Origin: an uncultured Chlamydiae bacterium
GTDB lineage: Bacteria; Chlamydiota; Chlamydiia; Chlamydiales; SM23-39
Assembly (NCBI GenBank): GCA_963730605.1
Contig: CAVSSM010000011.1
Span: 32,001 to 96,000 of the forward strand
DNA: 64,000 nt
Direction: 5' to 3'
Part shown: piece after piece, positions 1-10,422 of the stretch
Layout of the letters: every line of letters begins with the position of its first letter
How positions within the stretch are numbered: the stretch's first letter is position 1
Notes under the pieces: model-generated
Seen by the model: the letters and a program-made list of their open reading frames with translations, nothing else
Database searches by the model: none
What the model was told of the DNA's origin: nothing
Program-made: the position numbers and the translations under genes

Positions 1-1266
1 GTAGCTGCGGTCTCGCGGTTTGAGATGCGGACCTCCGAGGGAGGGACGGGAACTCAAATCCAGAGCCAAGGAGGGGCAAATTCGGAGATCCTCCCTTGCG
101 CCCGAAATCGGGGGACTACTGTAGTGGTGCGAGATCTTTTCTTCAACGTGCCCGCCCGAAAAAAATTCTTAAAGTCGGCCTCTGCCAATACCGCTTCTTT
201 GACTCGCACCCTCGAGAGCATAGCTTTGGCCCATCCTAAAGTGTCATTTTCTCTAAAATCGGAGGGAAAAACGGCGCTAGAACTTCCTCAGGAAGAGAAA
301 AAGAACCGAATTATTAGGATTTTGGGCCCGATGCATTGCGAAGTCGACGCGCCTGGATCCTCTTGGGGAGTATGGGGGCTTTTAGCCTCTCCAGAGGAAG
401 CGAAGATCCATCGAAGAGGGCAATATCTTTACATCAATCATCGGCCGATATTCTCTCCTCTCATTTCCCGCGCGGTCAAGGCGGGTTACGGGACAAGGAT
501 CGCAGAAAACTCCTATCCTTCTTTTGTCTTATTTCTCGAAATCGCGCCGGGTCTTGTGGATGTCAATGTCCATCCGCAGAAAAAAGAGGTTCGCTTTGCC
601 GACGAGGGGAAAATCTTCCGGATGGTTGAGATGGCCGTATCGGCCGCATTTAAAAGTCCGGCTCCCGTTTTTTCCCGAACCCTCTCATTTCCTCAAGTGC
701 CCTTTTCTTTTTCTGACGACCTTGTCCCAGCGCCTTCCAGGCTCCCCATTCCCCTCTCTTTCGATTTTCCCTCTTCCGAGAGACCGCTTGCTATCGTTGA
801 AGGGTACTTCTTCCTCCAAGCAGAGGGACTACTTCTTGTCGACCTCCGTTTAGCTTACGCGAGGGTCCTCTATGAATCTCTTAAGGAAAAAAAGGGGACG
901 GCCCAAACGCTACTCTGGCCTCTCGAGGCAGAGATCGATGACATTGGGATCGTCGAAGAGCTGCAGGCCTTTGGGATCGAATGCAGGCTCATTGGGAAAA
1001 GCCGGCTCGCTGTCGACGCCCTGCCATCTCTTTTGGACCCGGAAGATTTTCCCGAGTTTTTGAATGCTTGGCGCGAAGGAAAAAAACTCGACGCCGCCGC
1101 GCTGCGCACTTCAAGGGCCAGCTGCAGAAAATTTAGCATAGAAACTGCCTTCATGCTCTGGCGGCAGCTTCTTCAATGCCCTGAGTCGGTGTACGACCTC
1201 GCCGGCCGGCGGATCTGGGATCGGGTGGACGCTTCGATGCTGAAAAAACTTTTGGAGCGTCCATGA
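1..1266 (+). CDS. mutL: DNA mismatch repair protein MutL (5' end outside window)
   Basis: GTTVVVRDLFFNVPARKKFLKS and VDVNVHPQKKEVRF motifs; frame open from base 1. Confidence 0.93.
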   Translation, partial: VAAVSRFEMRTSEGGTGTQIQSQGGANSEILPCARNRGTTVVVRDLFFNVPARKKFLKSASANTASLTRTLESIALAHPKVSFSLKSEGKTALELPQEEKKNRIIRILGPMHCEVDAPGSSWGVWGLLASPEEAKIHRRGQYLYINHRPIFSPLISRAVKAGYGTRIAENSYPSFVLFLEIAPGLVDVNVHPQKKEVRFADEGKIFRMVEMAVSAAFKSPAPVFSRTLSFPQVPFSFSDDLVPAPSRLPIPLSFDFPSSERPLAIVEGYFFLQAEGLLLVDLRLAYARVLYESLKEKKGTAQTLLWPLEAEIDDIGIVEELQAFGIECRLIGKSRLAVDALPSLLDPEDFPEFLNAWREGKKLDAAALRTSRASCRKFSIETAFMLWRQLLQCPESVYDLAGRRIWDRVDASMLKKLLERP

Positions 1267-2297
1267 CAAGGATCGAACGGGCGTGCACACTCCTAGATCA
1301 GTTGAAGTTGGAGGGGCTCCTCATCGAAAATCCGTCCGATGTCTTTTACCTGTCAGGACAGTGGTTCTCGTCAGCTCGGCTCCTCCTTAAACCAGAGAGC
1401 GCCTCGCTTCTTGTCGACGGCCGTTATTTCGGCCAGGCCAAGGGAAAGGCGCCCTGCGAGGTGATCTTAGCGGAAAAAGAGGCTCTTGTCCATGCAATGA
1501 AAGGGCTGAAAAAAGTTGGGTTCGACAGTTCTTTTGTCACGTTCGAAAAAGCCGGCCTCCTCCAAAGTTCAGCCCCTTCCAAAGAGTGGATTCCAGTCCC
1601 CAGGCCTTTGAAGGAGATGCGCGTTTGCAAAGACTCGGGAGAAATCGAGGCTCTCAAAGAGGCGGCGCGCGTGACGGCGGTTGGATACGCCGAAGTTTTG
1701 AAGAAATTGAGAGAAGGAGTCGAGGAGAGGGAGATCGCGATCGAGTTCGAGTGCCACTCTCGGAGGAAGGGAGCGGAAAAAATGTCCTTCATGCCGATCG
1801 TCGCTTTCGGGGAAAATAGCGCCTATCCCCACTATCGGGCAGGGGGCGCGCAGCTGAAAAAGAACCAGATCGCTTTGTTCGACTTCGGCGCCGTAGTCAA
1901 CAGTTACTCTGGCGACATGACGAGGTGTTTCTTTTTTGGGCAGCCTCAAGAGGAACTCGTCCGGTTTTACGGACTGGTCCGGCAAGCGGCAGCAATGGCC
2001 GCGGCGGCGATTCGGCCGGGTGCAAGGCTCGGGCGTCTCGACCAGATTGTACGGGACTTTTTTGCAAAAGAGGGGGTCCTGCCTCTCTATTCCCATAGCC
2101 TTGGCCATGGGGTTGGAATCGATGTGCATGAGTATCCGCTGCTCAAGGTAGATGGAGAGGACCGCGATTTAATTTTGCGGGCCGGAATGGTTTTTACGAT
2201 CGAGCCTGGGCTTTATCTTCCGGGCCTCGGCGGGGTCCGCTATGAAAATACCTATGTCGTCACGGAAAGCGGCTCGGAAAATCTATACATATGTTGA
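1263..2297 (+). CDS. pepP: Xaa-Pro aminopeptidase (M24 family)
   Basis: YSGDMTR, HSLGHGVGIDVHEYP and TIEPGLY...GGVRYEN motifs. Confidence 0.9.
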   Translation: MTRIERACTLLDQLKLEGLLIENPSDVFYLSGQWFSSARLLLKPESASLLVDGRYFGQAKGKAPCEVILAEKEALVHAMKGLKKVGFDSSFVTFEKAGLLQSSAPSKEWIPVPRPLKEMRVCKDSGEIEALKEAARVTAVGYAEVLKKLREGVEEREIAIEFECHSRRKGAEKMSFMPIVAFGENSAYPHYRAGGAQLKKNQIALFDFGAVVNSYSGDMTRCFFFGQPQEELVRFYGLVRQAAAMAAAAIRPGARLGRLDQIVRDFFAKEGVLPLYSHSLGHGVGIDVHEYPLLKVDGEDRDLILRAGMVFTIEPGLYLPGLGGVRYENTYVVTESGSENLYIC

Positions 2298-3730
2298 GAT
2301 TTAGGAAGAAGATGTTTTTTTGCGGAAGCGCGCTTCTTACCGCTTTCATCGCGCTGCTCTTTCTCTTCATCGACAGGTCTCTTGAGTTCTTGTGTAAAAC
2401 TGGCATGTCGGCCGATCAAGTTTGCTCGTTAAAGAGCCAGTTCAAAACGACAATTCTGTTTCTTGGAGCCGGATTTCTTTTTCTCTATAGCCTATCGACT
2501 TGGATTCTCTTCCACCGCCTGAGCCTTCCCTTAAGGAAAATCGCCGATCATATCCTTTCCTACACAGAAGATGGGTTGTTTCCTTCGATTGAAGTGGATG
2601 CGGGTCAAAAAGGGGAATTTGCCGAGATCGCCAGGGTATTGAATGCGATGATCGGCAAAATCAAAAAACAAATCAACAACCTTAGCTTAAGCCGCATGGA
2701 AACGATAGAGATCATCGAATCTCTCGCCGAAGGTGTCATAGCGGTAGATACAGAAGGAAAAACCACGTTTGCGAACGGATCTGCATGCAAGATTCTGGGA
2801 GCGGCCCCGGGGGCTCTATTAAACGGCCATTTGCACAAGGTTCACGCATTGCAAAAAGACTTAAAATTGAAGTGTCATGAAGCGATCCAGGATGTCCTGC
2901 AGACCACGGAATTTGTCCGGCGAACATGGACCGATGAGAAATGGGGCCGGGTCCATCTGGAACTGACTGCAACGCCACGCCCTGGGCATAGGGGTGCGAT
3001 CCTGGTTCTCCAAGACAAAAGTGCTGATTTCAAGATTTTGGAAATGGGTAAAGATTTTATTGCGAACGCCTCCCATGAGCTGAGGACTCCCATCACGATC
3101 CTTCGAGGGTTTGCCGAGACTTTGCAGGACCATCCGGAACTCCCTCCCCAGACGCTCAAGAGCATTGCCGGAAAGGTTGTCCGTACGTCACACCGATTGG
3201 AAAACCTTGTCAAAAGCCTGCTGACTCTAGCGGATATCGAAAATTATTCTCCGGATCAGATGCAAACAACCGATCTTGTCCAGATTGCAGAAAATTGCAA
3301 GCAATTAGCAACGGCCTCGCATCGCACATCTCACATCGCTTTTCAGAGCGATCTGGAGAGCGCGCCGATTTTCGGCGATCCGCACCTTTTGGATCTTGCC
3401 ATCATGAATTTGATCGAAAACGGCATCAAATATTCAAAGTCTCCTGCAGAGATCGCCCTTTCGATCCGCAAAAGAGAAAGAGAGGTCCAGCTCACTGTCC
3501 AGGACAAGGGTATCGGCATTCCAGATGCGGATCTGCCCCACATTTTCGATCGCTTTTACACCGTCGATAAAGCTCACTCCCGCAAATCGGGAGGGACAGG
3601 GCTTGGCCTCTCGATCGTCAAGACGATTGTCGAAAAACATAAAGGGACCGTGTCGGTCGCATCTCAACTAGGCGTGAGCAGCGCGTTCATGATTTCTTTC
3701 CCGTTAGCGGATCGAAACCACTTTTCTTAA
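2291..3730 (+). CDS. PhoR-like membrane sensor histidine kinase (2 TM, HAMP, PAS, HisKA, HATPase)
   Basis: DFIANASHELRTPIT H-box, NLIENGIKY N-box, DKGIGI and GGTGLGLSI boxes. Confidence 0.88.
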   Translation: MLRFRKKMFFCGSALLTAFIALLFLFIDRSLEFLCKTGMSADQVCSLKSQFKTTILFLGAGFLFLYSLSTWILFHRLSLPLRKIADHILSYTEDGLFPSIEVDAGQKGEFAEIARVLNAMIGKIKKQINNLSLSRMETIEIIESLAEGVIAVDTEGKTTFANGSACKILGAAPGALLNGHLHKVHALQKDLKLKCHEAIQDVLQTTEFVRRTWTDEKWGRVHLELTATPRPGHRGAILVLQDKSADFKILEMGKDFIANASHELRTPITILRGFAETLQDHPELPPQTLKSIAGKVVRTSHRLENLVKSLLTLADIENYSPDQMQTTDLVQIAENCKQLATASHRTSHIAFQSDLESAPIFGDPHLLDLAIMNLIENGIKYSKSPAEIALSIRKREREVQLTVQDKGIGIPDADLPHIFDRFYTVDKAHSRKSGGTGLGLSIVKTIVEKHKGTVSVASQLGVSSAFMISFPLADRNHFS

Positions 3731-4582
3731 ACAGGTCTTGCTGCCGGAGTCTTCTCCGATTAGAGTAGTCTCTTTGACTGCATCGTGGCTTTGAGCGATT
3801 TGAAAGAGATCGAAGATCTCGGGGCTCAAAAGGGGAGCGTGGACCTCCTGGCAGATCCGCTCGATGGTCTCTTTTGTCACCGGAGGAGCTTTCGGTGTGT
3901 GGATCGCCTCATAGAGTTTAGCCCCCCCTTTGTCCGTAAAAAAAACGGAGAGGAGATTGGGATGGGCGTGCCGAAGACATATTTTTGAAGCGGAAGACTC
4001 GATTTTAACGTAATCGAGAAGCGAGGGATAACCAACCCCTTTAAGAACATCGTTTTTTTTCGTTCCCTTCAACATTTTATAATAAATCATCTGAAAATGA
4101 GGGTCTTTGAAGGAAACTTTTTCGAGGCCCCCAAATTCTTGATGCGCGATTTGGAGGCGCACAACTTTCAGAAGGGCGTCGAGGAATTTGGTTTCGGCTT
4201 GGGCCCTTTCGAAGAGATCATGATAGAAAATGCGAAGAAGTTTGGAGGCGGCTTCATAAAGAGCTCGCTCTTCGAGCTCCTTCTCGATCAATGGAGTTAG
4301 GTCTAGCCTAGCGCAGAGAGGGTTGATTGGGGGTGGCGGCGGCAGCCGTTTATTTTGAGGCGCGCTCTCTTTGTCTCCTTTCCTCTTTTCTTCTGAACAA
4401 GATTGGGTTTTCAAAGAGGCGTAGAATTCGCTTGTCGTCTGGTCGAGGATTTCACGGCTTGCTGCGATGTGTCCAAGATAGCTCGATCTGAGGCGATGGG
4501 CGCTGACTTGTTTTTCTAGGATGAGGCTAGCGCCGAGGGAGAGGACGGCCAAGATGCAAAATACGAATCCGATGACGTTCAT
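3704..4582 (-). CDS. Hypothetical protein with N-terminal membrane anchor, probably type II secretion associated (GspK-like position)
   Basis: 292 aa ORF with N-terminal hydrophobic helix; overlaps the stop of the upstream pseudopilin-like gene. Confidence 0.55.
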   Translation of the reverse strand: MNVIGFVFCILAVLSLGASLILEKQVSAHRLRSSYLGHIAASREILDQTTSEFYASLKTQSCSEEKRKGDKESAPQNKRLPPPPPINPLCARLDLTPLIEKELEERALYEAASKLLRIFYHDLFERAQAETKFLDALLKVVRLQIAHQEFGGLEKVSFKDPHFQMIYYKMLKGTKKNDVLKGVGYPSLLDYVKIESSASKICLRHAHPNLLSVFFTDKGGAKLYEAIHTPKAPPVTKETIERICQEVHAPLLSPEIFDLFQIAQSHDAVKETTLIGEDSGSKTCLRKVVSIR

Positions 4583-5241
4583 CTGTAGCCCCTCTTAAAG
4601 TAGGTCACGAGCGGCTCCGGGCTGGAGAAAAAAAAGGCGTAGGAGAGGGGATTCCCATTTTGCTGGATTGTCAGGCGGACCATCGAGGGATTTTCTTTTC
4701 TATTTGAGGGCCAGAGGCTCTCCCAAGCAAATTCAGCGTTGACGGGCAGGTCGGGGGCTTTCTTACCGAGAAAGAGGAATTCAAAGGCATCGATGTCAGA
4801 AAGAAGGATCTCATTTCGCCAAGGGAGGCTGGTGCCGTTCTTTTTCTTAACAGGATGAGGCCAAATGGCTAAAGAGAGATTGCGATCAACATCTCGGTAC
4901 ACCCGCGCAATCACTTTGCCGCTGAAGGCAGGATCGGGATCGATCCCATTGTCGAAGATGGCAATCAGGCTCTCTTTCTCATCGCCGGGGAGCTTTTTTG
5001 TATAAAGGGAGGAATTTTCCGCGCTTAAGAAAAGATCTTGAAGCCGGGTTTGGAGTCGCTGCCTCTCCAGCAGCTCCTTTCTTGCACGATCGATTTTAGT
5101 TTCGAACTCTGCGCTCCTTGCGATCGATGTAAAGAGGAATGAGAGGAGGATCGACAGGAGGGAGAGGCTAATCAGGATCTCGAGCAAAAAGAGCGGTCGG
5201 TTTACGCCCGCTTTCTTTGGGAGAAATGGGCCAAAAAGCAA
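4579..5241 (-). CDS. Prepilin-like (GspJ-type) pseudopilin; start approximate
   Basis: NRPLFLLEILISLSLLSILL resembles a type IV prepilin N-terminus (basic leader, E+5, hydrophobic helix); further upstream the ORF overlaps the OPT gene. Confidence 0.6.
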   Translation of the reverse strand: MLFGPFLPKKAGVNRPLFLLEILISLSLLSILLSFLFTSIARSAEFETKIDRARKELLERQRLQTRLQDLFLSAENSSLYTKKLPGDEKESLIAIFDNGIDPDPAFSGKVIARVYRDVDRNLSLAIWPHPVKKKNGTSLPWRNEILLSDIDAFEFLFLGKKAPDLPVNAEFAWESLWPSNRKENPSMVRLTIQQNGNPLSYAFFFSSPEPLVTYFKRGYR

Positions 5242-7049
5242 GCGAGAAGAATGAAAGCTCCCAAGGTAAATAGGTTGGGCAGCTTGGCCGCTGCGGAGAG
5301 CGGGATGACTCCGGCCACGGTCATTAGGGCGATGAGTATGCCGACGCATGCGTCCCCTCCGACCAGGCCTGCTGCGAGAAGGATCCCTCTCTGTTCTGTG
5401 CTCTCATCGGCATTTTTGGAATTGACATAGGCTCTCGCTAGACCGCCAACTATTGTAGCGGTGCTTAAAGAAAGAGGCAAATAAATGCCTATGGCCACAG
5501 GGAGAATGGGAATCCGAACAATCGCCAACAAGACGCCGATCATGATCCCGATCCCGAAAAGAACATAGGGAAGGTCCCCGCTGATGACCCCTTTGGCGAT
5601 GAGGGCGAGCAGAGTGGCTTGGGGCGCTGGCATTTGGGGGGAGCCGATATGATACGCGGCGTTCAGGATGTAGACGACATATCCGAGGGAGAGGGCGGGG
5701 ATGAAGGCTCCCAGGATTTCGGCGATCTGCTGAGACCGGGGGGTAGCGCCCACGATGTAGCCGGTCTTTAAATCCTGCGAGGTCGTGGCGCCGATGCAGA
5801 CGGCGCAGCAGGCGACGCATCCCATGGTGATCGCGGCAATGAGATAGAGCCTTTCCGTCCACCCCAGAAGGACGAATGTGATGCAGGTAATCAGCAAGGT
5901 CACGATCACCATCCCTGACACGGGGTTCGACGATATTCCCACGAGGCCTGTGGTAACCGAAGTGACGGCTACAAAGCAAAAAGCAAGAATGACAAGGAGG
6001 ACGATCGTTAAGAAATTCATCGGAAGTCCTGGGAAAAGCCACAAGAGCAGGATGATCGCGATCGATCCTAAAATAAGCCATGCCATCGAAATATCGCGGT
6101 CTGTCCGCGAAAGGTGCGCTCTAGAGAAAAGAGCGCCGCTAAAAAGCTCTTTGAAGCTCGTGTGGATCGTTCTATGCAGAAGAGGAATGACTTTAAATAG
6201 GCTCATGAGACCGCCTACTGAGATCGCTCCGGCCCCGATGTAGCGGATGTAGGAGTTCCAGATTGCGTCGGAGGACATCTCTCCGATCGGACTCTCCGCG
6301 GGATAGATCGCGGCATTTCCCGTTCCGAAGACTTTGATAAGGGGGATGATGACCCACCAAGCGAGCAGCCCTCCAGAGAACATGAAGCTGGAAATTCTCG
6401 GGCCGATGATGTAGCCGACGCCGAGGAGCGCCGGGGTCGCATCAATGGTAAATTCAGCGTTTCTGAAAAATTTGGCGGTCCAGGTATAGGACTCGTTCCA
6501 GATGAAGAGGGCGTTCGAGCATACCTTGTAGACGGCGGAAACGAGGAAGGCCCAGGCAGCCAAAATCGCTCCCTGACCCTTTTCAGCCCCTGCCTTCAAG
6601 ATTTCAGCGCAGGCCGTCCCTTCGGGGTAGGGCAGTTTTTTATGCTCCTCGACGATCAAGTACCTCCTCATCGGGATCATGAACAAAATGCCTAAAATTC
6701 CCCCCAAGGAAGAGAGGAGGAAAATCCTTCCGATCGAGGGCGTATCTCCGAGGATGATGAGCGCGGGGATGGTGAAAACGATGCCTGCAGCCAATCCTTC
6801 TCCGACGGTCGCGATGGTTTGGACGATGTTATTCTCTAGTACGGTGGACCCTTTGAAGAAAAATTTCAGGATCGCCATCGAGAGGATGGCGGCGGGGATC
6901 GAAGCCGAGACTGTTTGGCCGATTTTCAAGGCGAGGTAGCCGTTTGCGATGGCGAAGAAGAACCCGAAGACAAGGCCTAAAATCGCGGCTCGAGGGGTAA
7001 ATTCGCGGATCTCTTTGTTTGCGGCGACATAGGGCTTGAAGTCGGACAT
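5202..7049 (-). CDS. OPT family oligopeptide transporter
   Basis: ENNIVQT, LPYPEGTACAE, QDLKTG and PAPQATL motifs; many TM helices. Confidence 0.92.
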   Translation of the reverse strand: MSDFKPYVAANKEIREFTPRAAILGLVFGFFFAIANGYLALKIGQTVSASIPAAILSMAILKFFFKGSTVLENNIVQTIATVGEGLAAGIVFTIPALIILGDTPSIGRIFLLSSLGGILGILFMIPMRRYLIVEEHKKLPYPEGTACAEILKAGAEKGQGAILAAWAFLVSAVYKVCSNALFIWNESYTWTAKFFRNAEFTIDATPALLGVGYIIGPRISSFMFSGGLLAWWVIIPLIKVFGTGNAAIYPAESPIGEMSSDAIWNSYIRYIGAGAISVGGLMSLFKVIPLLHRTIHTSFKELFSGALFSRAHLSRTDRDISMAWLILGSIAIILLLWLFPGLPMNFLTIVLLVILAFCFVAVTSVTTGLVGISSNPVSGMVIVTLLITCITFVLLGWTERLYLIAAITMGCVACCAVCIGATTSQDLKTGYIVGATPRSQQIAEILGAFIPALSLGYVVYILNAAYHIGSPQMPAPQATLLALIAKGVISGDLPYVLFGIGIMIGVLLAIVRIPILPVAIGIYLPLSLSTATIVGGLARAYVNSKNADESTEQRGILLAAGLVGGDACVGILIALMTVAGVIPLSAAAKLPNLFTLGAFILLACFLAHFSQRKRA

Positions 7050-7103
7050 ATAGATTCCCTATACCACAATCTTCCAATTAATCAAGGGATCAGTGAAAAT
7101 TCC

Positions 7104-7268
7104 TATATTGCGACCGCTCAAAAAGTGTGAAAAATGCCGAGGAAGCGGTGCAGATTTTTCATGTCTGGAACGAGGGGCGTGTTCATAGACACGGCCCGAA
7201 GTGAAGGCCAAAAATATGCTGCCAAGCTGACGCCGGCAGATTCACACTTTTTGGGTGGGAGCAGTATA
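7104..7268 (+). mobile_element. Palindromic MITE-like element, family A, copy 1 (165 bp)
   Basis: Imperfect TIR TATATTGCGACCGCTCAAAAAGTGTGAA...TTCACACTTTTTGGGTGGGAGCAGTATA; close inverted copy at 22199-22362. Confidence 0.85.
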
Positions 7269-7269
7269 C

Positions 7270-8040
7270 ATGCGCATCTGGGCGATCGCCGATCTACACT
7301 TGAGTTTTGGAGTCCCAAACAAGAACATGGACGTGTTCGGTCCTGGATGGGAGAACCATGCCGAGAAAATAAAGGCTCACTGGAGCGCGATGATCGGCCC
7401 GGAGGATCTCGTCTTGATCCCGGGAGATATTTCTTGGGCCATGCGGGTCGAAGAAGCGGCGGCCGATCTCGCTTGGATCCACGCGTTGCCGGGAACGAAG
7501 GTCATGATCAAGGGCAATCACGATTATTGGTGGGGCTCTTTGAAAAAAGTCTCAGAAATCCTCCCTCCTTCGATTCACCTGATTCAGAACAACGCTTTCC
7601 ATTGGCGCGGGGTAGCGATCGGCGGGGCCAGGCTTTGGGATACTCCCGAATACAGCTTTGCAAAATTTGTTGAATTTCGGGAAAACCCGCGGGAAAAGCC
7701 GGAAAAGCCTAGAGCTGCCCCAAACGCCGAAGCAGCCGTTCAGGAAGAACTTTCCCAAAAGATCTTCGATCGGGAATTACAGCGGCTGCAAGCGAGCCTC
7801 AAACAGTTGCAACCCGATGCGAAAATCCGGATCGCAATGACGCACTATCCTCCCATCGGCGCCGATCTATTGCCATCGCGCGCCGCCCAAATCCTCGAGC
7901 AAAACCAGATCCAAATCTGCGTCTTTGGCCACCTCCACAATATCAAACCCGACTGTTCCCTTTTCGGCGTTGCGAGAGGAGTTCGATATCTTTTGACCGC
8001 TTGCGATTACATCCGCCACCAGCCCATCGCAGTGTTGTGA
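7270..8040 (+). CDS. Calcineurin-like metallophosphoesterase
   Basis: DLH, GDISW, GNHD and GHLH motifs; ATG at 7270. Confidence 0.9.
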   Translation: MRIWAIADLHLSFGVPNKNMDVFGPGWENHAEKIKAHWSAMIGPEDLVLIPGDISWAMRVEEAAADLAWIHALPGTKVMIKGNHDYWWGSLKKVSEILPPSIHLIQNNAFHWRGVAIGGARLWDTPEYSFAKFVEFRENPREKPEKPRAAPNAEAAVQEELSQKIFDRELQRLQASLKQLQPDAKIRIAMTHYPPIGADLLPSRAAQILEQNQIQICVFGHLHNIKPDCSLFGVARGVRYLLTACDYIRHQPIAVL

Positions 8041-8498
8041 GAAAAAAAGAAAAGCGGCCCTTCATTTTATTGGAAATCCTCTTGGCCCTGACTCTGGTCA
8101 GCCTATGCGCCATTCCGCTCATCGTCAAGCCGATTGCAGCTTATCGTTTCGAGATGAAAGCGCTCGAAGAGGTGGAAGGAGAGAGGCTGGCCGATTGGAC
8201 TTTTTCAGAGATCAAAGAAGAGATGTTGCAACTCAAGATCCCGTGGGAAAAATTGCCTGCCCTGAGCGAGACGGCCGGCCCCTTTCCTTTAAATCCCGGA
8301 TCGATCCAAGTTCCCGGCAGACAGCCGAAAAAGATCAAACGCTCTTTCACTTTGTATTGCAAAGGGGAAAAAGAAGGGATGGCTGGGCAGACCTACAGGA
8401 TGCTCTATATCAAGATCGAATTCAACCCTGTCCTGTCGAAGAAAAAAAAGACCTACACCTATCGCCTGCCTGTTCAGAGGATTACGAGTCCTGCTTAA
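8037..8498 (+). CDS. Prepilin-like pseudopilin
   Basis: GTG start overlapping the upstream stop; KKEKRPFILLEILLALTLV prepilin-like N-terminus. Confidence 0.65.
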   Translation: MRKKEKRPFILLEILLALTLVSLCAIPLIVKPIAAYRFEMKALEEVEGERLADWTFSEIKEEMLQLKIPWEKLPALSETAGPFPLNPGSIQVPGRQPKKIKRSFTLYCKGEKEGMAGQTYRMLYIKIEFNPVLSKKKKTYTYRLPVQRITSPA

Positions 8499-8500
8499 AA

Positions 8501-10039
8501 TCAGAGTTCCATTAATCTCATGTATTCATTGAGTTCAATCATAAATGCATCTCGATCTACGTCTGGATTACGATCTAGGAATACACCCGCAGCTTGAATG
8601 AGTTGAGCGCGACCTGCACCCTTGTTTTCAACTATCAATCCGGCAACGAGCTCATTTGTTGTTTTTCTGACGCCATCCACATTTACACCTTTAAGGCGAC
8701 CTTGAAGCACAGCTACGATCTGGCGTTGCGTCTGTCCAGGAGGACAAACCCTGCGGCCATGTTCTATCGAGTCGCTCAAAGCCTTAATTATTCCAAAGCG
8801 GCAATTTTCTTGTTCTTTTTTCTCAGATTGCTCATTCGCAAAAATCCAGAGTCGAGCAATCAACTCTTCTCCGGAAATGCTAAGACGACCGTTATCGATA
8901 GTATAAATAGCATTATTGAGTAAAGGAGCCCAATCCTCGTTCTCGGGTGGGCCATGAAGGGCTTGCTGAGCTGTGTTTTTAATGGCTGAATCACCTGCAT
9001 AAGCGTTTAAATATTGTTTAAATTCTTCTACAGCTGCACTGATCCTCGTTGGGTTGAGCAGTCCCTGATGCTTTCTTAGTAATTCGATGGCTTCTCTTGT
9101 TTTTGCATCGCGGCTACCATGATGCACATCGATTGCATTGTGCCCTTGCGCTGCCAACTCGGCCATCCCAGCGCAAAAGGGTGGAATCGGTTGATTTAGT
9201 GGTGTTTCCAATATAACGAGCATTCGATGAAGGATAGCTTCATTTTCTAAACCGTTAGCAAGATCTTGAATCTGATGTAATACTCTTTGCATGCGACCTG
9301 CTCTTTCGTTCCCAGCATTTGCAACCGTACCAATTATTAAGCATATCTGTAGGCTATCCATTTGTGGATGAATAAGACGAGATACAAGGTTAATAACTTG
9401 TTCGCGTTCATTTGCAGGGATGCTTGCAACCGAACGAATTATAAAGGATATTCCGATGCCATGCATTTGTGGATGAATAAGACGAGATACAAGGTGAGTA
9501 ACTTGTTCACGTCCATTTACAGGGATGCTTGCGGCCTCTGTAAATATAGCTGATATACTCATGGAAAGCATGTGTGGACGAATAAGACGAGATACAAGGT
9601 GAGTAACTTGTTCACGTTCATTTGCAGGGATTCTTGCAATGTCGCTAATTATCTGGAGTATATTGGTGGTGTTACACATTTGTGGGTAACGAGATACAAG
9701 GCCAATAACTTGTCCACGTTCATTTACAGGAATTCTTGCAACGGTTTCAATGATTGCATTACGCGTCCGGTCATCCATGTCCGGAATCATAAGGCCGGAT
9801 GCTTGGGCAGCAATTTGCTCGCGATTATTTGAAACAATCCTACCGCTATTCAAATCTCTTTCTCCCGATGTGTTTCTGCTTGAGGCGATGGCCCACAAAC
9901 AACCGATCCCTCCGATAGCAGTAAGGGCCAGCCCAATCGCTTCCATTTGATAAGCGACCGCAAGACCTGCCCCTCCTACACACCCAGCCACAAATTTGCA
10001 ATATCCCATTGTATTCTGGATTCTTATCCCTATTGACAT
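8501..10039 (-). CDS. Repeat-containing effector-like protein, paralog 1 (about 5 x 35-aa repeats)
   Basis: Low-GC 512 aa ORF; N-terminal hydrophobic hairpin, IPANEREQV repeats, C-terminal domain shared with paralog 2. Confidence 0.8.
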   Translation of the reverse strand: MSIGIRIQNTMGYCKFVAGCVGGAGLAVAYQMEAIGLALTAIGGIGCLWAIASSRNTSGERDLNSGRIVSNNREQIAAQASGLMIPDMDDRTRNAIIETVARIPVNERGQVIGLVSRYPQMCNTTNILQIISDIARIPANEREQVTHLVSRLIRPHMLSMSISAIFTEAASIPVNGREQVTHLVSRLIHPQMHGIGISFIIRSVASIPANEREQVINLVSRLIHPQMDSLQICLIIGTVANAGNERAGRMQRVLHQIQDLANGLENEAILHRMLVILETPLNQPIPPFCAGMAELAAQGHNAIDVHHGSRDAKTREAIELLRKHQGLLNPTRISAAVEEFKQYLNAYAGDSAIKNTAQQALHGPPENEDWAPLLNNAIYTIDNGRLSISGEELIARLWIFANEQSEKKEQENCRFGIIKALSDSIEHGRRVCPPGQTQRQIVAVLQGRLKGVNVDGVRKTTNELVAGLIVENKGAGRAQLIQAAGVFLDRNPDVDRDAFMIELNEYMRLMEL

Positions 10040-10180
10040 AAATCCCTATATTATTTTAATGTTAATGTTATAATAATTATGCATGTTTAAAATTATTTTG
10101 TCAACAAATTAATTAATAAAGATAAATTTTTTTATAGACACTGGTTTCCTGATTAAGGAGATATAGAAAACTATAAACTA

Positions 10181-10250
10181 TACCCCAAAGATGCATCATC
10201 TTTGGGGTAGGGCGCCGTCGGATTCACACTTTTTGAGCGGGAGCGGTATA
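10181..10250. repeat. 13-bp perfect hairpin followed by the right end of a family A element
   Basis: TACCCCAAAGATG-CAT-CATCTTTGGGGTA, then GATTCACACTTTTTGAGCGGGAGCGGTATA. Confidence 0.75.
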
Positions 10251-10252
10251 AA

Positions 10253-10416
10253 CTCGACTTTGTACAATTTTGTGACAGCATCTTCGAGAGAATCGCTGGC
10301 CTTTTTTCCTTTTTTTGCTCATAAATAGTGCCTTCGGCTATGAATTTCGCAAAAAAAGAAAAAAATTGCAGAGCGCTTCCTCTGGATCTGCTCGCCAAAA
10401 ATTGTACAAAGTCGAG
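10253..10416. mobile_element. Palindromic MITE-like element, family B (164 bp)
   Basis: 19-bp perfect TIR CTCGACTTTGTACAATTTT / AAAATTGTACAAAGTCGAG. Confidence 0.82.
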
Positions 10417-10422
10417 ATAAAA

